The translations under genes were made by a program, and so were the position numbers. This document shows, in pieces, positions 6,939-15,702 of a stretch of DNA of 64,000 nucleotides (positions within the stretch are counted from its first letter, which is position 1; each line of letters begins with the position of its first letter). The stretch is taken from IMG/VR virus record IMGVR_UViG_3300045988_130116. One strand, 5' to 3'. The stretch comes from a virus. Under the pieces are notes generated by a model. The model saw nothing but the letters and a program-made list of their open reading frames with translations, was not told where the DNA came from and made no database searches.

Positions 6939-8094
6939 TATGGAAAAGTATAATACGAAACAAAAAGAACAGATGATTAAATTGTCCCTACAAAAATTAA
7001 GTGGGGACGATGAAGTAGATTGGGAAGATATAATAGATAGTCTAGGAATAAGTTTACATAAAGATACTTTAAGACGATGGGCAAGAGGAATGCAGATTTA
7101 TGATGAATATCTTAAAGAAACAAAACGCAAGTCTGTAAGAGACGATTCAGAAAAAACAATAAAAAAAATATTAGAATTAAAACAACAAAGAATTTTATTA
7201 TCTGATGAAAAGAGATATGTAAATGAGAGACTTAGAGAACTAACAAGAGTAGAAGATTTCTATAAGAAGCTAGAAGATAAAATATCAAGTAGCGACCCTG
7301 TTCAACTAAGAGAGATTGAGTTTAGTGATAAAACGAATGAAGCAGTATTAATGTTATCTGATTGGCATTATGGAATAGAAGTTGACAACAAAGTTAATAA
7401 ATTCAATTCAGAGATAGCAAATAGTAGAGTTTCTGAATTAGCGGGTAAAGTTATAAAACATTGTAAAATAAATGACGTGAGTAAATTAAATATATTTTGT
7501 TTAGGAGATTTAATATCTTCTGAAATTCACACTATTATTAAAATGGAAAATAGAGAAGATTTATCTACTCAAATATATGAAGTAAGTGAACTTCTTTCAA
7601 AATTTATAGAGACAGTATCGAAAGTTGTTCCGATAGAAGTTACATTTACTTTTGGAAATCATGAGAGAACGGGATTAAAAGACTTATCTAAAGATAGCGA
7701 TAATTTTACAATTCTTATAGAAAAATATGTTATGCTTCTTTTAAGGGATAATGAGAATGTTATTATCAATAGTAGTGAAACAAATTCAGATATTATATAT
7801 AAAAACATTATGGGAAATGACTTTGTTGGAGTTCATGGACATCAAGAAAAAAGAAAAGGTGTTGCTCCTGATTTAAGTGCAATCCTGAGTGGTAGAAATG
7901 TCGATTATGTATGCATGGGGCATTTACATTCTCAATGTAATTATATTGATAATACATCAGAAGTTTTTATAAATGGAAGTTTATGTGGCACAGATGCCTA
8001 TGCTTATGGGAAGAGATTGTTTTCTCCCCCTAGTCAAAAGTTATTGATAGTTAATGACGAAGGTGTTGAATGTATCTACAATATTAAAGTTTAG
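6931..8094 (+). CDS. calcineurin-like metallophosphoesterase with a roughly 130-aa N-terminal extension
   Basis: Ordered motifs LSDWHYG (DxH), CLGDLIS (GD), FGNHERTG (GNHE), VHGHQ (H) and CMGHLHS (GHxH). Confidence 0.75.
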   Translation: MTNMEKYNTKQKEQMIKLSLQKLSGDDEVDWEDIIDSLGISLHKDTLRRWARGMQIYDEYLKETKRKSVRDDSEKTIKKILELKQQRILLSDEKRYVNERLRELTRVEDFYKKLEDKISSSDPVQLREIEFSDKTNEAVLMLSDWHYGIEVDNKVNKFNSEIANSRVSELAGKVIKHCKINDVSKLNIFCLGDLISSEIHTIIKMENREDLSTQIYEVSELLSKFIETVSKVVPIEVTFTFGNHERTGLKDLSKDSDNFTILIEKYVMLLLRDNENVIINSSETNSDIIYKNIMGNDFVGVHGHQEKRKGVAPDLSAILSGRNVDYVCMGHLHSQCNYIDNTSEVFINGSLCGTDAYAYGKRLFSPPSQKLLIVNDEGVECIYNIKV

Positions 8095-8107
8095 TGAGGA
8101 TTACGAT

Positions 8108-8770
8108 ATGGCAAATAAGAATGAAGAATTAAGTAGAGAAATATATATAAGCGGTGAAATAAATAACGAAATGGCAGCAGAGATAATTGCTCATTTAAAA
8201 AAGATAAATGATGAAGATTTAGATGTTTATGAGAAAAATCAAACTTTAAATGAAAAAAATCAATTACCTTATAAGCCTATAAGTCTTACAATAAATTCTC
8301 CGGGAGGAAGTGTAATGGACGGGTGTGCGATAATGAACACTTTAGAATCTTGTATTGCTCCTGTTCATACTCATGGTATAGGAGAAGTGTCTAGTATGGC
8401 AGTTCATATTTATGCTTGTGGAGAAGTTAGGACAGCAGGAGATTTAGTTACATTTGGGCTACATGGAACTGGTGGCGGTACTTGTGGTTATACTAAAGAA
8501 ATGATAAGTTCATTGACTCATTGGAAGAAATTAGAGAAAAAGTTAAATGATAGACTTTTAGAAGACACAAAATTAACACAAAAAGACTTAGATGCTTGTG
8601 AAACTTGTTTAACGTTTTATGATTATGACGAAGCCTTGGAAAAAGGTTTGATAAATACAGATTTGTATGATGATGAATTTCTTAAAGAAATAATAGACGG
8701 ATTAAATGTGTCTGACAAAAAAGAAGAAACAAAAGTGATAAAAACAGAAACAGAGGTAAAAGAAGATTAA
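8108..8770 (+). CDS. ClpP-family (S14) serine peptidase-like protein
   Basis: ISGEINNEMA...LTINSPGGSVMDGCAIMNTL...GIGEVSSMAVHIYACG matches the ClpP core pattern INSPGG.V..G.AI...M and G.A.SM. The ATG at 8108 follows GTGAGGA; the track start at 8054 overlaps the previous gene. Confidence 0.7.
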   Translation: MANKNEELSREIYISGEINNEMAAEIIAHLKKINDEDLDVYEKNQTLNEKNQLPYKPISLTINSPGGSVMDGCAIMNTLESCIAPVHTHGIGEVSSMAVHIYACGEVRTAGDLVTFGLHGTGGGTCGYTKEMISSLTHWKKLEKKLNDRLLEDTKLTQKDLDACETCLTFYDYDEALEKGLINTDLYDDEFLKEIIDGLNVSDKKEETKVIKTETEVKED

Positions 8771-8830
8771 TTCTTTTTACATAAAATGCGAGTTCATATC
8801 ATTTCATTTTGATTAGAATAAAGGTTAATA

Positions 8831-8934
8831 GAATCCATGTTTATTGGCGAAACATGGGTTCTCTTTAGTCTTTATTTAGACTAACATATATCTCCCTTGT
8901 TAGTGGTATGGTTGCTATTCCTCGTAGCCATACC
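8831..8934 (+). other. three consecutive stem-loops in the intergenic region upstream of terS
   Basis: 12-bp stem GAATCCATGTTT/AAACATGGGTTC (8831-8861, one G:U). TAGTCT/AGACTA (8866-8883). GGTATG..GCTA/TAGC-CATACC (8905-8934). Confidence 0.55.
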
Positions 8935-8991
8935 CATTAATAAGGAAATAAAATCATATATTGATAATCTATTATTATCAAACCATTTAAT

Positions 8992-9019
8992 AACTACCCT
9001 TCGGGGTAGTTATTTTTTT
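8992..9019 (+). terminator. Rho-independent terminator
   Basis: AACTACCC, TTCG, GGGTAGTT, then ATTTTTTT. An 8-bp inverted repeat TTGATAAT/ATTATCAA lies just upstream (8961-8981). Confidence 0.75.
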
Positions 9020-9039
9020 ATAACAAGAGAGGTGATAAA

Positions 9040-9984
9040 GTGAAAAAGGAAAAATCGCAAAAATTAGCTAAGAGAGTATGCCCTTATTGTGGAGAAGAAA
9101 AATTTGTATCTAGGGATTTCTATGGTTCAGAAAGCCTTATGTATTCTAATGAAAAAAGACACCTTATTTGTAAAAACTGTATGAATATTAGATACAATTT
9201 CTTTTTAGCTAAATGTGACGGAGACGAATTATTAGCTTTAAGAAGAACTTGTGATAACTTAGACATTGTATTTGATGAAGGAATAGTTAATAGAGTTGAA
9301 GGTCAAGACGGCTCTTTGTTCTTGAATTATATGAAAACAATAAATACTAATTCTATCCTTAGAAGTTTAAGTTCATTAGATAGCCCTATGTTTAATGAAA
9401 TGCATTCAAAGCCTAATATAGAGGATTTGGTTGTTAATAATGATATAGTTATGAAATGGGGAGATGGATTTACTAAAAGAGAATACCAACAGTTAGAATA
9501 TATTTATTCTGAATATATGGAAGAGTATAAACCTAAAGACTTATCAACTAAAAAGATACTTAAAGATTTAAGTATGACAGAGCTTCTTAGGGAAAGAGCT
9601 AGATTAAAAGGTGACGACAAGACATACGATATGTATACAAAGCTACTTTCTAAAAGTAGAGCAGACGCAAATATACAACCTAATCAAAATAAAGACGAAG
9701 ATGATGAAAAATATATATTTGGTATGATGATGAAGATATATGAATTAAAGAAACCAGTAGTTAAGAGACTTAAAGAATATCAAGATGTTGATTGGATTGA
9801 AAGATATATAATGAGGTTTTTATTTAAACCATTAGCAGTAGCTTTAGGATTTGGTTCAGCTAATTACTCTTTAGAAGAAGGAGATGCGGGAATACAATTA
9901 GATGAAAAAATTGAGAGAGCTATACAAGCCGTTAAGGAGGAAGAAGAAGAGGAAAAGGCGAAGAGGAAGAATGGTGACAGCTAA
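9040..9984 (+). CDS. terS: putative terminase small subunit (N-terminal zinc ribbon)
   Basis: GTG start after GAGAGGTGA. CPYCGEEK...CKNC. Sits immediately upstream of, and overlapping, the large terminase. Acidic C-terminus. Confidence 0.5.
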   Translation: MKKEKSQKLAKRVCPYCGEEKFVSRDFYGSESLMYSNEKRHLICKNCMNIRYNFFLAKCDGDELLALRRTCDNLDIVFDEGIVNRVEGQDGSLFLNYMKTINTNSILRSLSSLDSPMFNEMHSKPNIEDLVVNNDIVMKWGDGFTKREYQQLEYIYSEYMEEYKPKDLSTKKILKDLSMTELLRERARLKGDDKTYDMYTKLLSKSRADANIQPNQNKDEDDEKYIFGMMMKIYELKKPVVKRLKEYQDVDWIERYIMRFLFKPLAVALGFGSANYSLEEGDAGIQLDEKIERAIQAVKEEEEEEKAKRKNGDS

Positions 9985-11756
9985 TGGAAGAAAGGAAATA
10001 TATGGAAACCGAGTATGAGGATAGAGGTAATTTAACAGGAGATTCCAAAGAAGATTTACTTATAGGAATAGGTGAATATTGGGGTTGTTTTTATTTAGCT
10101 AATCCTCATAGATTTGCTATGGATTATTTGAAGTATAAATTACATATATTTCAACAGATATTACTGTATTTTATGATGAAAAGTGACCAGTTCGTATTTA
10201 TTGCGAGTAGGGGTCTGGGCAAATCATTTCTTACGGCAGTATTCTGTACAGTTATATGTATATTAAAACCCGGAACAAAAGTTATAGTCTGTGCTAAACA
10301 AAAGAAACAAGCAGAGAAAGTACTGACCGAGAAGATACTTGGTATATTATATCCTCAATCATATGCTTTAAGGAAAGAAATAGATTATAGAGGAATTAAG
10401 TGCAACTCTAATCAGGTATTAATACCATTTAAAAATGGTTCTTCTATAGAAGTACTTGCCAGTTCAGAGAACTCAAGAGGTGCAAGATGTAATGTTTTAG
10501 TAATGGACGAGTTCCGTATGATAAATGAAACAATAGTTAGAAGTGTTTTATCTCCATTTGGTGCAGTTCCAAGACAAGCCGGATATTTAACTAATCCTAG
10601 ATATTCTTTTTATCGTGAAGAGAATAAAGAATTGTTCCTAAGTTCAGCATGGTATAGCGACCATTGGAGTTACTCTAAGTGGAAAACAACAGTTAAAGAT
10701 ATGCTAACTAAATTTGATTCCTTTGCTTGTAATATTCCTTTTACCTGTTCTTTAGAACATGGATTAAATACTAAGAAGAAAATGGAAAGAGAAATGGATG
10801 CAGAAGGTATGAACTATGCATCTTTTTTAATGGAATACTGTGCAGTATTCTTTAATGAAGCTGATGATGCCTTCTTTAAATCTTCTATTATTAATCCTTG
10901 TAGAGATACACTTGATGTATTTTACCCTCCTACTTCTGAAGAATGGATATCAGAGAAGAAGAAAAAGAAATCCGAACAATCATGGTATATGCCTAGAGTT
11001 AACGGTGAGATAAGAATTATGGCTTGTGATATCGCCTTAGCTAAAGGTGTAGCAAACGATAACTCCAGTTTCTTATTAATGAGAATGATACCTGATAGAG
11101 GTAAGTTTAAACGCCATGTTGTATATATGGAAGCACACAATGGTATGGCGGCTAAACAACAGGCTATAAGAATAAAACAATTATTCTATGATTTCGGGGC
11201 AGATAAACTTATTATAGATACAACTGGTGTCGGAGAAGCAGTTTGGGAATTCGTCAGAGAAAGTAACTATGATGAAGAGAGGGGAGTCAGATATGATGGA
11301 TTTACTTGCTTTAATGATGATAATAGAGTAGATGATTTATCTAAAAGAACTGGCTTACCTTTTGTTTATTCAATGCAGCCTAATAGTGAAGTCAACAGTA
11401 GAATAGCAGTAAGTGTAAGAAAATTATTAGCAGATAAAGATTTAATACTTCCTATGAATGATAGAGAAGCAAAAATATTAGTAACTGAAAAAGTGTCTAG
11501 TTTAGATTTAGATTTAGAAGAGGCGGCTTACAGAGAAGCTAGATTACTAGCTCCGTTTGTTCAAACAACTATTATGGTTAATGAAATGATAAGTTTGAAC
11601 CATGAAAGCAAAGAAGGGAAAATAAAACTTTTTGAAAGAGGGGCAAATAGAAAAGATAGATATTCTTCATTAGGATATGCCGTATTCTTGAGTAATTTAA
11701 TTGCACAAGAAGAAGGTTTCGGTGATGACGATGACGATATCTTATTCTTAGTTTGA
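9984..11756 (+). CDS. terL: terminase large subunit
   Basis: Walker A FIASRGLGKSFL, Walker B VLVMDEF, 590 aa. The C-terminal nuclease-like half has conserved acidic residues (MACDIALAKG, LIIDTTGVGE). Confidence 0.85.
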   Translation: MEERKYMETEYEDRGNLTGDSKEDLLIGIGEYWGCFYLANPHRFAMDYLKYKLHIFQQILLYFMMKSDQFVFIASRGLGKSFLTAVFCTVICILKPGTKVIVCAKQKKQAEKVLTEKILGILYPQSYALRKEIDYRGIKCNSNQVLIPFKNGSSIEVLASSENSRGARCNVLVMDEFRMINETIVRSVLSPFGAVPRQAGYLTNPRYSFYREENKELFLSSAWYSDHWSYSKWKTTVKDMLTKFDSFACNIPFTCSLEHGLNTKKKMEREMDAEGMNYASFLMEYCAVFFNEADDAFFKSSIINPCRDTLDVFYPPTSEEWISEKKKKKSEQSWYMPRVNGEIRIMACDIALAKGVANDNSSFLLMRMIPDRGKFKRHVVYMEAHNGMAAKQQAIRIKQLFYDFGADKLIIDTTGVGEAVWEFVRESNYDEERGVRYDGFTCFNDDNRVDDLSKRTGLPFVYSMQPNSEVNSRIAVSVRKLLADKDLILPMNDREAKILVTEKVSSLDLDLEEAAYREARLLAPFVQTTIMVNEMISLNHESKEGKIKLFERGANRKDRYSSLGYAVFLSNLIAQEEGFGDDDDDILFLV

Positions 11757-11771
11757 TATAAGGGTGATGGT

Positions 11772-12569
11772 ATGGAATTAAATAAAGTTTATTGTATGGA
11801 TAATTTAGAATTGTTAGAGCAGCTACCTACTGGCTCTATCGACCTTATATATTGTGATATTCTTTATAACACAGGTAAAATTTTTAAAGATTATAATGAT
11901 AATCTAGGAACGGTAACACAGGCTATGAAATGGTATCGACCAAGATTATTTCAGATGAAAAGAGTTCTTAAAAGTACAGGATTAATTTATCTTCAATGCG
12001 ATTATAGATTAGTTCATTATTTAAAAGTAGATATGGATTGCATTTTTGGAATTGATAATTTCAGAAATGATATTATTTGGAATTACGGAGGACAATCTAG
12101 GAGTAAAGATATAAGCTGTAAACATGATAATATATTAAGATATTCTAATGGAGACAAGTATGTTTATAATACACAATATCAACCTTACACTGAAAGGACA
12201 CTAAAAGAATTTAGACATAGAAACGAAAAAGGAGAGTTATGTGTTCGTACTTGCAGAAGAGACAAAGATGGTAACAAAGTTTATTATTATACTCCTAAGA
12301 AAGAAGGAGCTAATATAACCGATGTGTGGGACATTAAACCTTTATCTCCTTCAAGCAAAGAGAGATCAGGATATGATACTCAAAAACCTAAAGAGTTATT
12401 AGAGAGAATAATTAAATCATCTTCTAACGAAGGAGATGTGGTTGCTGATTTTTTCTGTGGCAGTGGTACAAGTTTAGTTGTAGCTAAAGAATTAGGCAGA
12501 AATTATATAGGATGCGACTTAAACCCTAAAGCAGTAGAAATAACAAATAAAAGATTAGAATTAATATAA
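11772..12569 (+). CDS. beta-class (N4/N6) DNA methyltransferase-like protein with a non-canonical motif IV
   Basis: Beta-class gene order: motif IV is N-terminal, read here as DLIYCDILYNTG instead of D/S/N-P-P-Y. Motif I is C-terminal: VVADFFCGSGTSLVVAKELGRNYIGCDLN. Confidence 0.7.
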   Translation: MELNKVYCMDNLELLEQLPTGSIDLIYCDILYNTGKIFKDYNDNLGTVTQAMKWYRPRLFQMKRVLKSTGLIYLQCDYRLVHYLKVDMDCIFGIDNFRNDIIWNYGGQSRSKDISCKHDNILRYSNGDKYVYNTQYQPYTERTLKEFRHRNEKGELCVRTCRRDKDGNKVYYYTPKKEGANITDVWDIKPLSPSSKERSGYDTQKPKELLERIIKSSSNEGDVVADFFCGSGTSLVVAKELGRNYIGCDLNPKAVEITNKRLELI

Positions 12570-12644
12570 AGAGTGAATATGCAAAAATAATATGGCATAT
12601 GAAGAACGAAATAAAATAGAAGAAAGGATTGGTGATTATTTGAT

Positions 12645-13449
12645 ATGATAAATTTAAAGAATTTAACTAAAGGAGGTGATTTCAACTCATATGGATGCTC
12701 TGATTATGTTTTATTTCAAGGTGATTGTTTAGAAGTAATGGACTATTTAATAGAACGTGAAATTAAAGTAGATATGATATTAACAGACCCTCCATATGGT
12801 TGAAATTGGAACTATAGCTTGTAAATGGGATAATATAATTCCCTTTAATGAAATGTGGGAAAGAATAAATAATTTAATAAAAGATAATGGAGCTATCTGT
12901 TTGTTTGGGAATGAACCATTCACCAGTTGTTTAATAACAAGTAATTTAAAAGGATTTAAATATAGATGGGATTGGGATAAAAAAATACCAAGCGGCATGG
13001 GATATGCTAAATATAGACCAATGCAACAAACAGAGGATATTTGTGTTTTTACTAAAAACGGAGAAAAAACAATTTATAATCCTCAAATGATTAAGAGGGA
13101 TAAGCCTATAAAAAGTGGAGGAAATACAAAACAAGCAAGTGCTTATAGTGGGTTTAAATGCATGGGTGATGGGAAGGAATATAAAAAAACTTACGAATAT
13201 AAAAATCCTATAACTTTAATAGAATTTAATAAAATTAGAAGGGGAAATGTTCATCCCACACAAAAGCCAGTTGATTTACTAGAATATCTAATAAAAACCT
13301 ATACAAATGAAAATGATTTAGTATTAGACTTCACAATGGGCTCAGGAAGCACTGGAGTAGCTTGTCTAAACACTAATCGCAAGTTTATAGGCATTGAATT
13401 AGATGAAGAATATTTTAATATAGCTAAAGAGAGATTAAATTCAATATAA
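12645..13449 (+). pseudogene. beta-class DNA methyltransferase paralog interrupted by a 10-nt insertion after the DPPYG motif
   Basis: Frame A (ATG 12645) encodes ...FQGDCLEVMDYLIEREIKVDMILTDPPYG and stops at TGA 12801-12803. The track ORF 12796-13449 continues as ..GTIACKWDNIIPF... through FTMGSGSTGVACLNTNRKFIGIELD. Alignment with the intact paralog at 14938 shows the extra TTGAAATTGG. Confidence 0.8.
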
Positions 13450-13453
13450 GGAG

Positions 13454-14929
13454 TTGATATATTTGAGTGAAGATGTAAAAAAAGAAAATATTGATTCTTA
13501 TGATGCTTATGATTTTTCCGAAGACCTGTTGTACAGTTTAAAAACTTATAATTCCCAAATTTCAACAATAAGAGACAATAGTGTAAGAGTTAAAAATAAT
13601 ATAAGAAAAATGTTAAGTAATCAAACAAATAATCAATATACGGAAACAGAACTTCAAAAAATAGGAGATATGCTTACTAAAAAGAACGGTCAGCTAAAGG
13701 AATTAATTACCTATAAATCTAATTTACTTACTTATGACCACTATATAATGCCATTAGATGCTAGTAAGTATAAAACAGAAGAAAGTATAAAAGAAGCTAG
13801 AAGAAAAGCTTCGAAACAAGTAGAAAAATACAATCTAAAATATAACTGTAAATGGATTGCACAGGATATTATAGAATATGGAGAAATTTATTTATCTTTG
13901 GTTAAAGGTAAAAATAATTATTTATTTTTTAAATTCCCTAGAGAGATGTGTATGATAACTCAAAAGACTGGTAATATGGTCTCTAAATTTGCTATAAATT
14001 TAGGATATTTAAATTCTACTAATTATTATACATTCCCACAAGACATACAAAATTTATATTGGGATTATCAAGAAGGTAGACTGGATAAAAGAAGAATTAT
14101 AAAAAATTCATGGTATCAAATGACAGAGGTCACTTATATGGCTTTTACATTAGATGAATGGCAAGAAAAAGGTACTCCATATTATTCTTATTTATTTGAT
14201 AGTTTAGCGTCACTAGAAGAATTATCAGATTTAGTTAATTTAAATGCCTATATAGATAGTTTTAGATTATTACATCAGAAACCTGAGCTTGACGATAGAG
14301 GTCAATTAAAAATGGAAAGAAAGAAAATATTAAACTACCATAATTCATTAAAAAGTTTAGTTCCTTATGGTTATTGTACTTTAACTTCTCCTTTAGATTT
14401 AAAATTAATATCTAGTGATGGAAATAGTTCTAGTATACTTGATGCTAAAGAAAAGACAAAAACAACCATATATGATTCTAGTGGTGTAAATGACAACTTA
14501 TTCAATGGTGATACAACAAATACAGAAGCAGTAAGTATAGGATTTACAATAGATACTTTAATGCCTTTAAGGATACAAAAAGAAATAGAAAATTGGGTTA
14601 ATGACCATATGAGAAGCGTTAGAGCTACTTCGAATTGGTTCTTAGAATTTATACCTACTAATGAATACAATCAAGGATTAGAAGCAGAAAGACAAAGAAA
14701 TGCTTTAACTATTTATTCTCCTAAATGGAAATATTTAGGTACTATAGGATTAACTCCTTTAAGAGCGTTAAGTACTATAGAATCGGAAGAATTAGAAGAT
14801 ATAGCATCTAAAATGCTGCCATTATCAACTGCATATACTCAAGTTGGTAATGAAGCGGGTGGAAGACCTAGTAAGGCAGAAACAGGAGAATCTAATGCTA
14901 AAAATAGTAGTACAAATCCAAATGAATAG
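13454..14929 (+). CDS. putative portal protein
   Basis: 491 aa, located between the terminase and the head-maturation genes. No motif was recognised by eye. The likely real start is TTG 13463, 9 nt after AAGGAG. Confidence 0.5.
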   Translation: MIYLSEDVKKENIDSYDAYDFSEDLLYSLKTYNSQISTIRDNSVRVKNNIRKMLSNQTNNQYTETELQKIGDMLTKKNGQLKELITYKSNLLTYDHYIMPLDASKYKTEESIKEARRKASKQVEKYNLKYNCKWIAQDIIEYGEIYLSLVKGKNNYLFFKFPREMCMITQKTGNMVSKFAINLGYLNSTNYYTFPQDIQNLYWDYQEGRLDKRRIIKNSWYQMTEVTYMAFTLDEWQEKGTPYYSYLFDSLASLEELSDLVNLNAYIDSFRLLHQKPELDDRGQLKMERKKILNYHNSLKSLVPYGYCTLTSPLDLKLISSDGNSSSILDAKEKTKTTIYDSSGVNDNLFNGDTTNTEAVSIGFTIDTLMPLRIQKEIENWVNDHMRSVRATSNWFLEFIPTNEYNQGLEAERQRNALTIYSPKWKYLGTIGLTPLRALSTIESEELEDIASKMLPLSTAYTQVGNEAGGRPSKAETGESNAKNSSTNPNE

Positions 14930-14937
14930 GTGAGAAT

Positions 14938-15702
14938 ATGGAAGAAAGATATAAATTATATCAAGGTGATTGTTTAGAGGCAATGGATAAGCTAATTAAA
15001 GAAGGGATTAAATTTGATGCTATTATCACAGACCCTCCTTACGGAACTACTGCTTGTAAATGGGATGAAGTTATTCCTTTTAAAGACATGTGGAATAGAA
15101 TCAATAAATTAATTAAACCAAATGGGGCTATAGTATTATTTGGAAATGAGCCTTTTAGTAGCAAATTAAGAATCAGCAATATTAAAAATTATAGATATGA
15201 TTGGGTATGGGAAAAAACTAGACCTCAAAGATTTGTTCAGGCAAAAAAAATGCCGTTATCTTATTCGGAGTATATCCATATATTTTATAATAAATTACCA
15301 ACTTACAATCCCCAAATGAGAGAAGGTAAACCTTATATTAAAAAGCATGTCAATAGCACTAAAGGTGTTGTTTATGGCGCTGAAAAAAGAAATGGTACTA
15401 CCACTATAAACAAAGGGACAAGATACCCAAGCAACATAATTAAGTTTAGCAATCCTAATAAAAATTCACTTCATCCAACTCAAAAACCAGTAGATTTATT
15501 AGAATATCTTATAAGAACATACACAGATGAAGGTGATTTGGTGTTAGACTTTACAATGGGTTCAGGAAGTACTGGGGTTGCTTGTCTAAACACTAATCGT
15601 AAGTTTGTAGGTATTGAATTAGACGAAAAATATTTTAGGATAGCAAAAAAAAGAATTGAAGAAGCGTTAACAGACAAAGGTGATAAGAATGAGCAATTTT
15701 AA
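14938..15702 (+). CDS. beta-class DNA methyltransferase (intact; DPPY motif)
   Basis: YQGDCLEAMDKL...AIITDPPYGTTACKWD (motif IV), HPTQKPVDLLEYLI, VLDFTMGSGSTGVACLNTNRKFVGIELD (motif I). Confidence 0.85.
   Translation: MEERYKLYQGDCLEAMDKLIKEGIKFDAIITDPPYGTTACKWDEVIPFKDMWNRINKLIKPNGAIVLFGNEPFSSKLRISNIKNYRYDWVWEKTRPQRFVQAKKMPLSYSEYIHIFYNKLPTYNPQMREGKPYIKKHVNSTKGVVYGAEKRNGTTTINKGTRYPSNIIKFSNPNKNSLHPTQKPVDLLEYLIRTYTDEGDLVLDFTMGSGSTGVACLNTNRKFVGIELDEKYFRIAKKRIEEALTDKGDKNEQF

Noticed and set aside
8054-8107. Track start for the ClpP-like ORF
   Set aside because: It overlaps the end of the phosphoesterase gene and has no RBS. ATG 8108 is preceded by GTGAGGA at proper spacing.
12796-12810. ATG 12796 as an independent start for the methyltransferase C-terminal fragment
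   Set aside because: There is no Shine-Dalgarno upstream. The ATG lies within the CCA TAT GGT codons of the upstream frame. The product would lack the DPPY catalytic motif.
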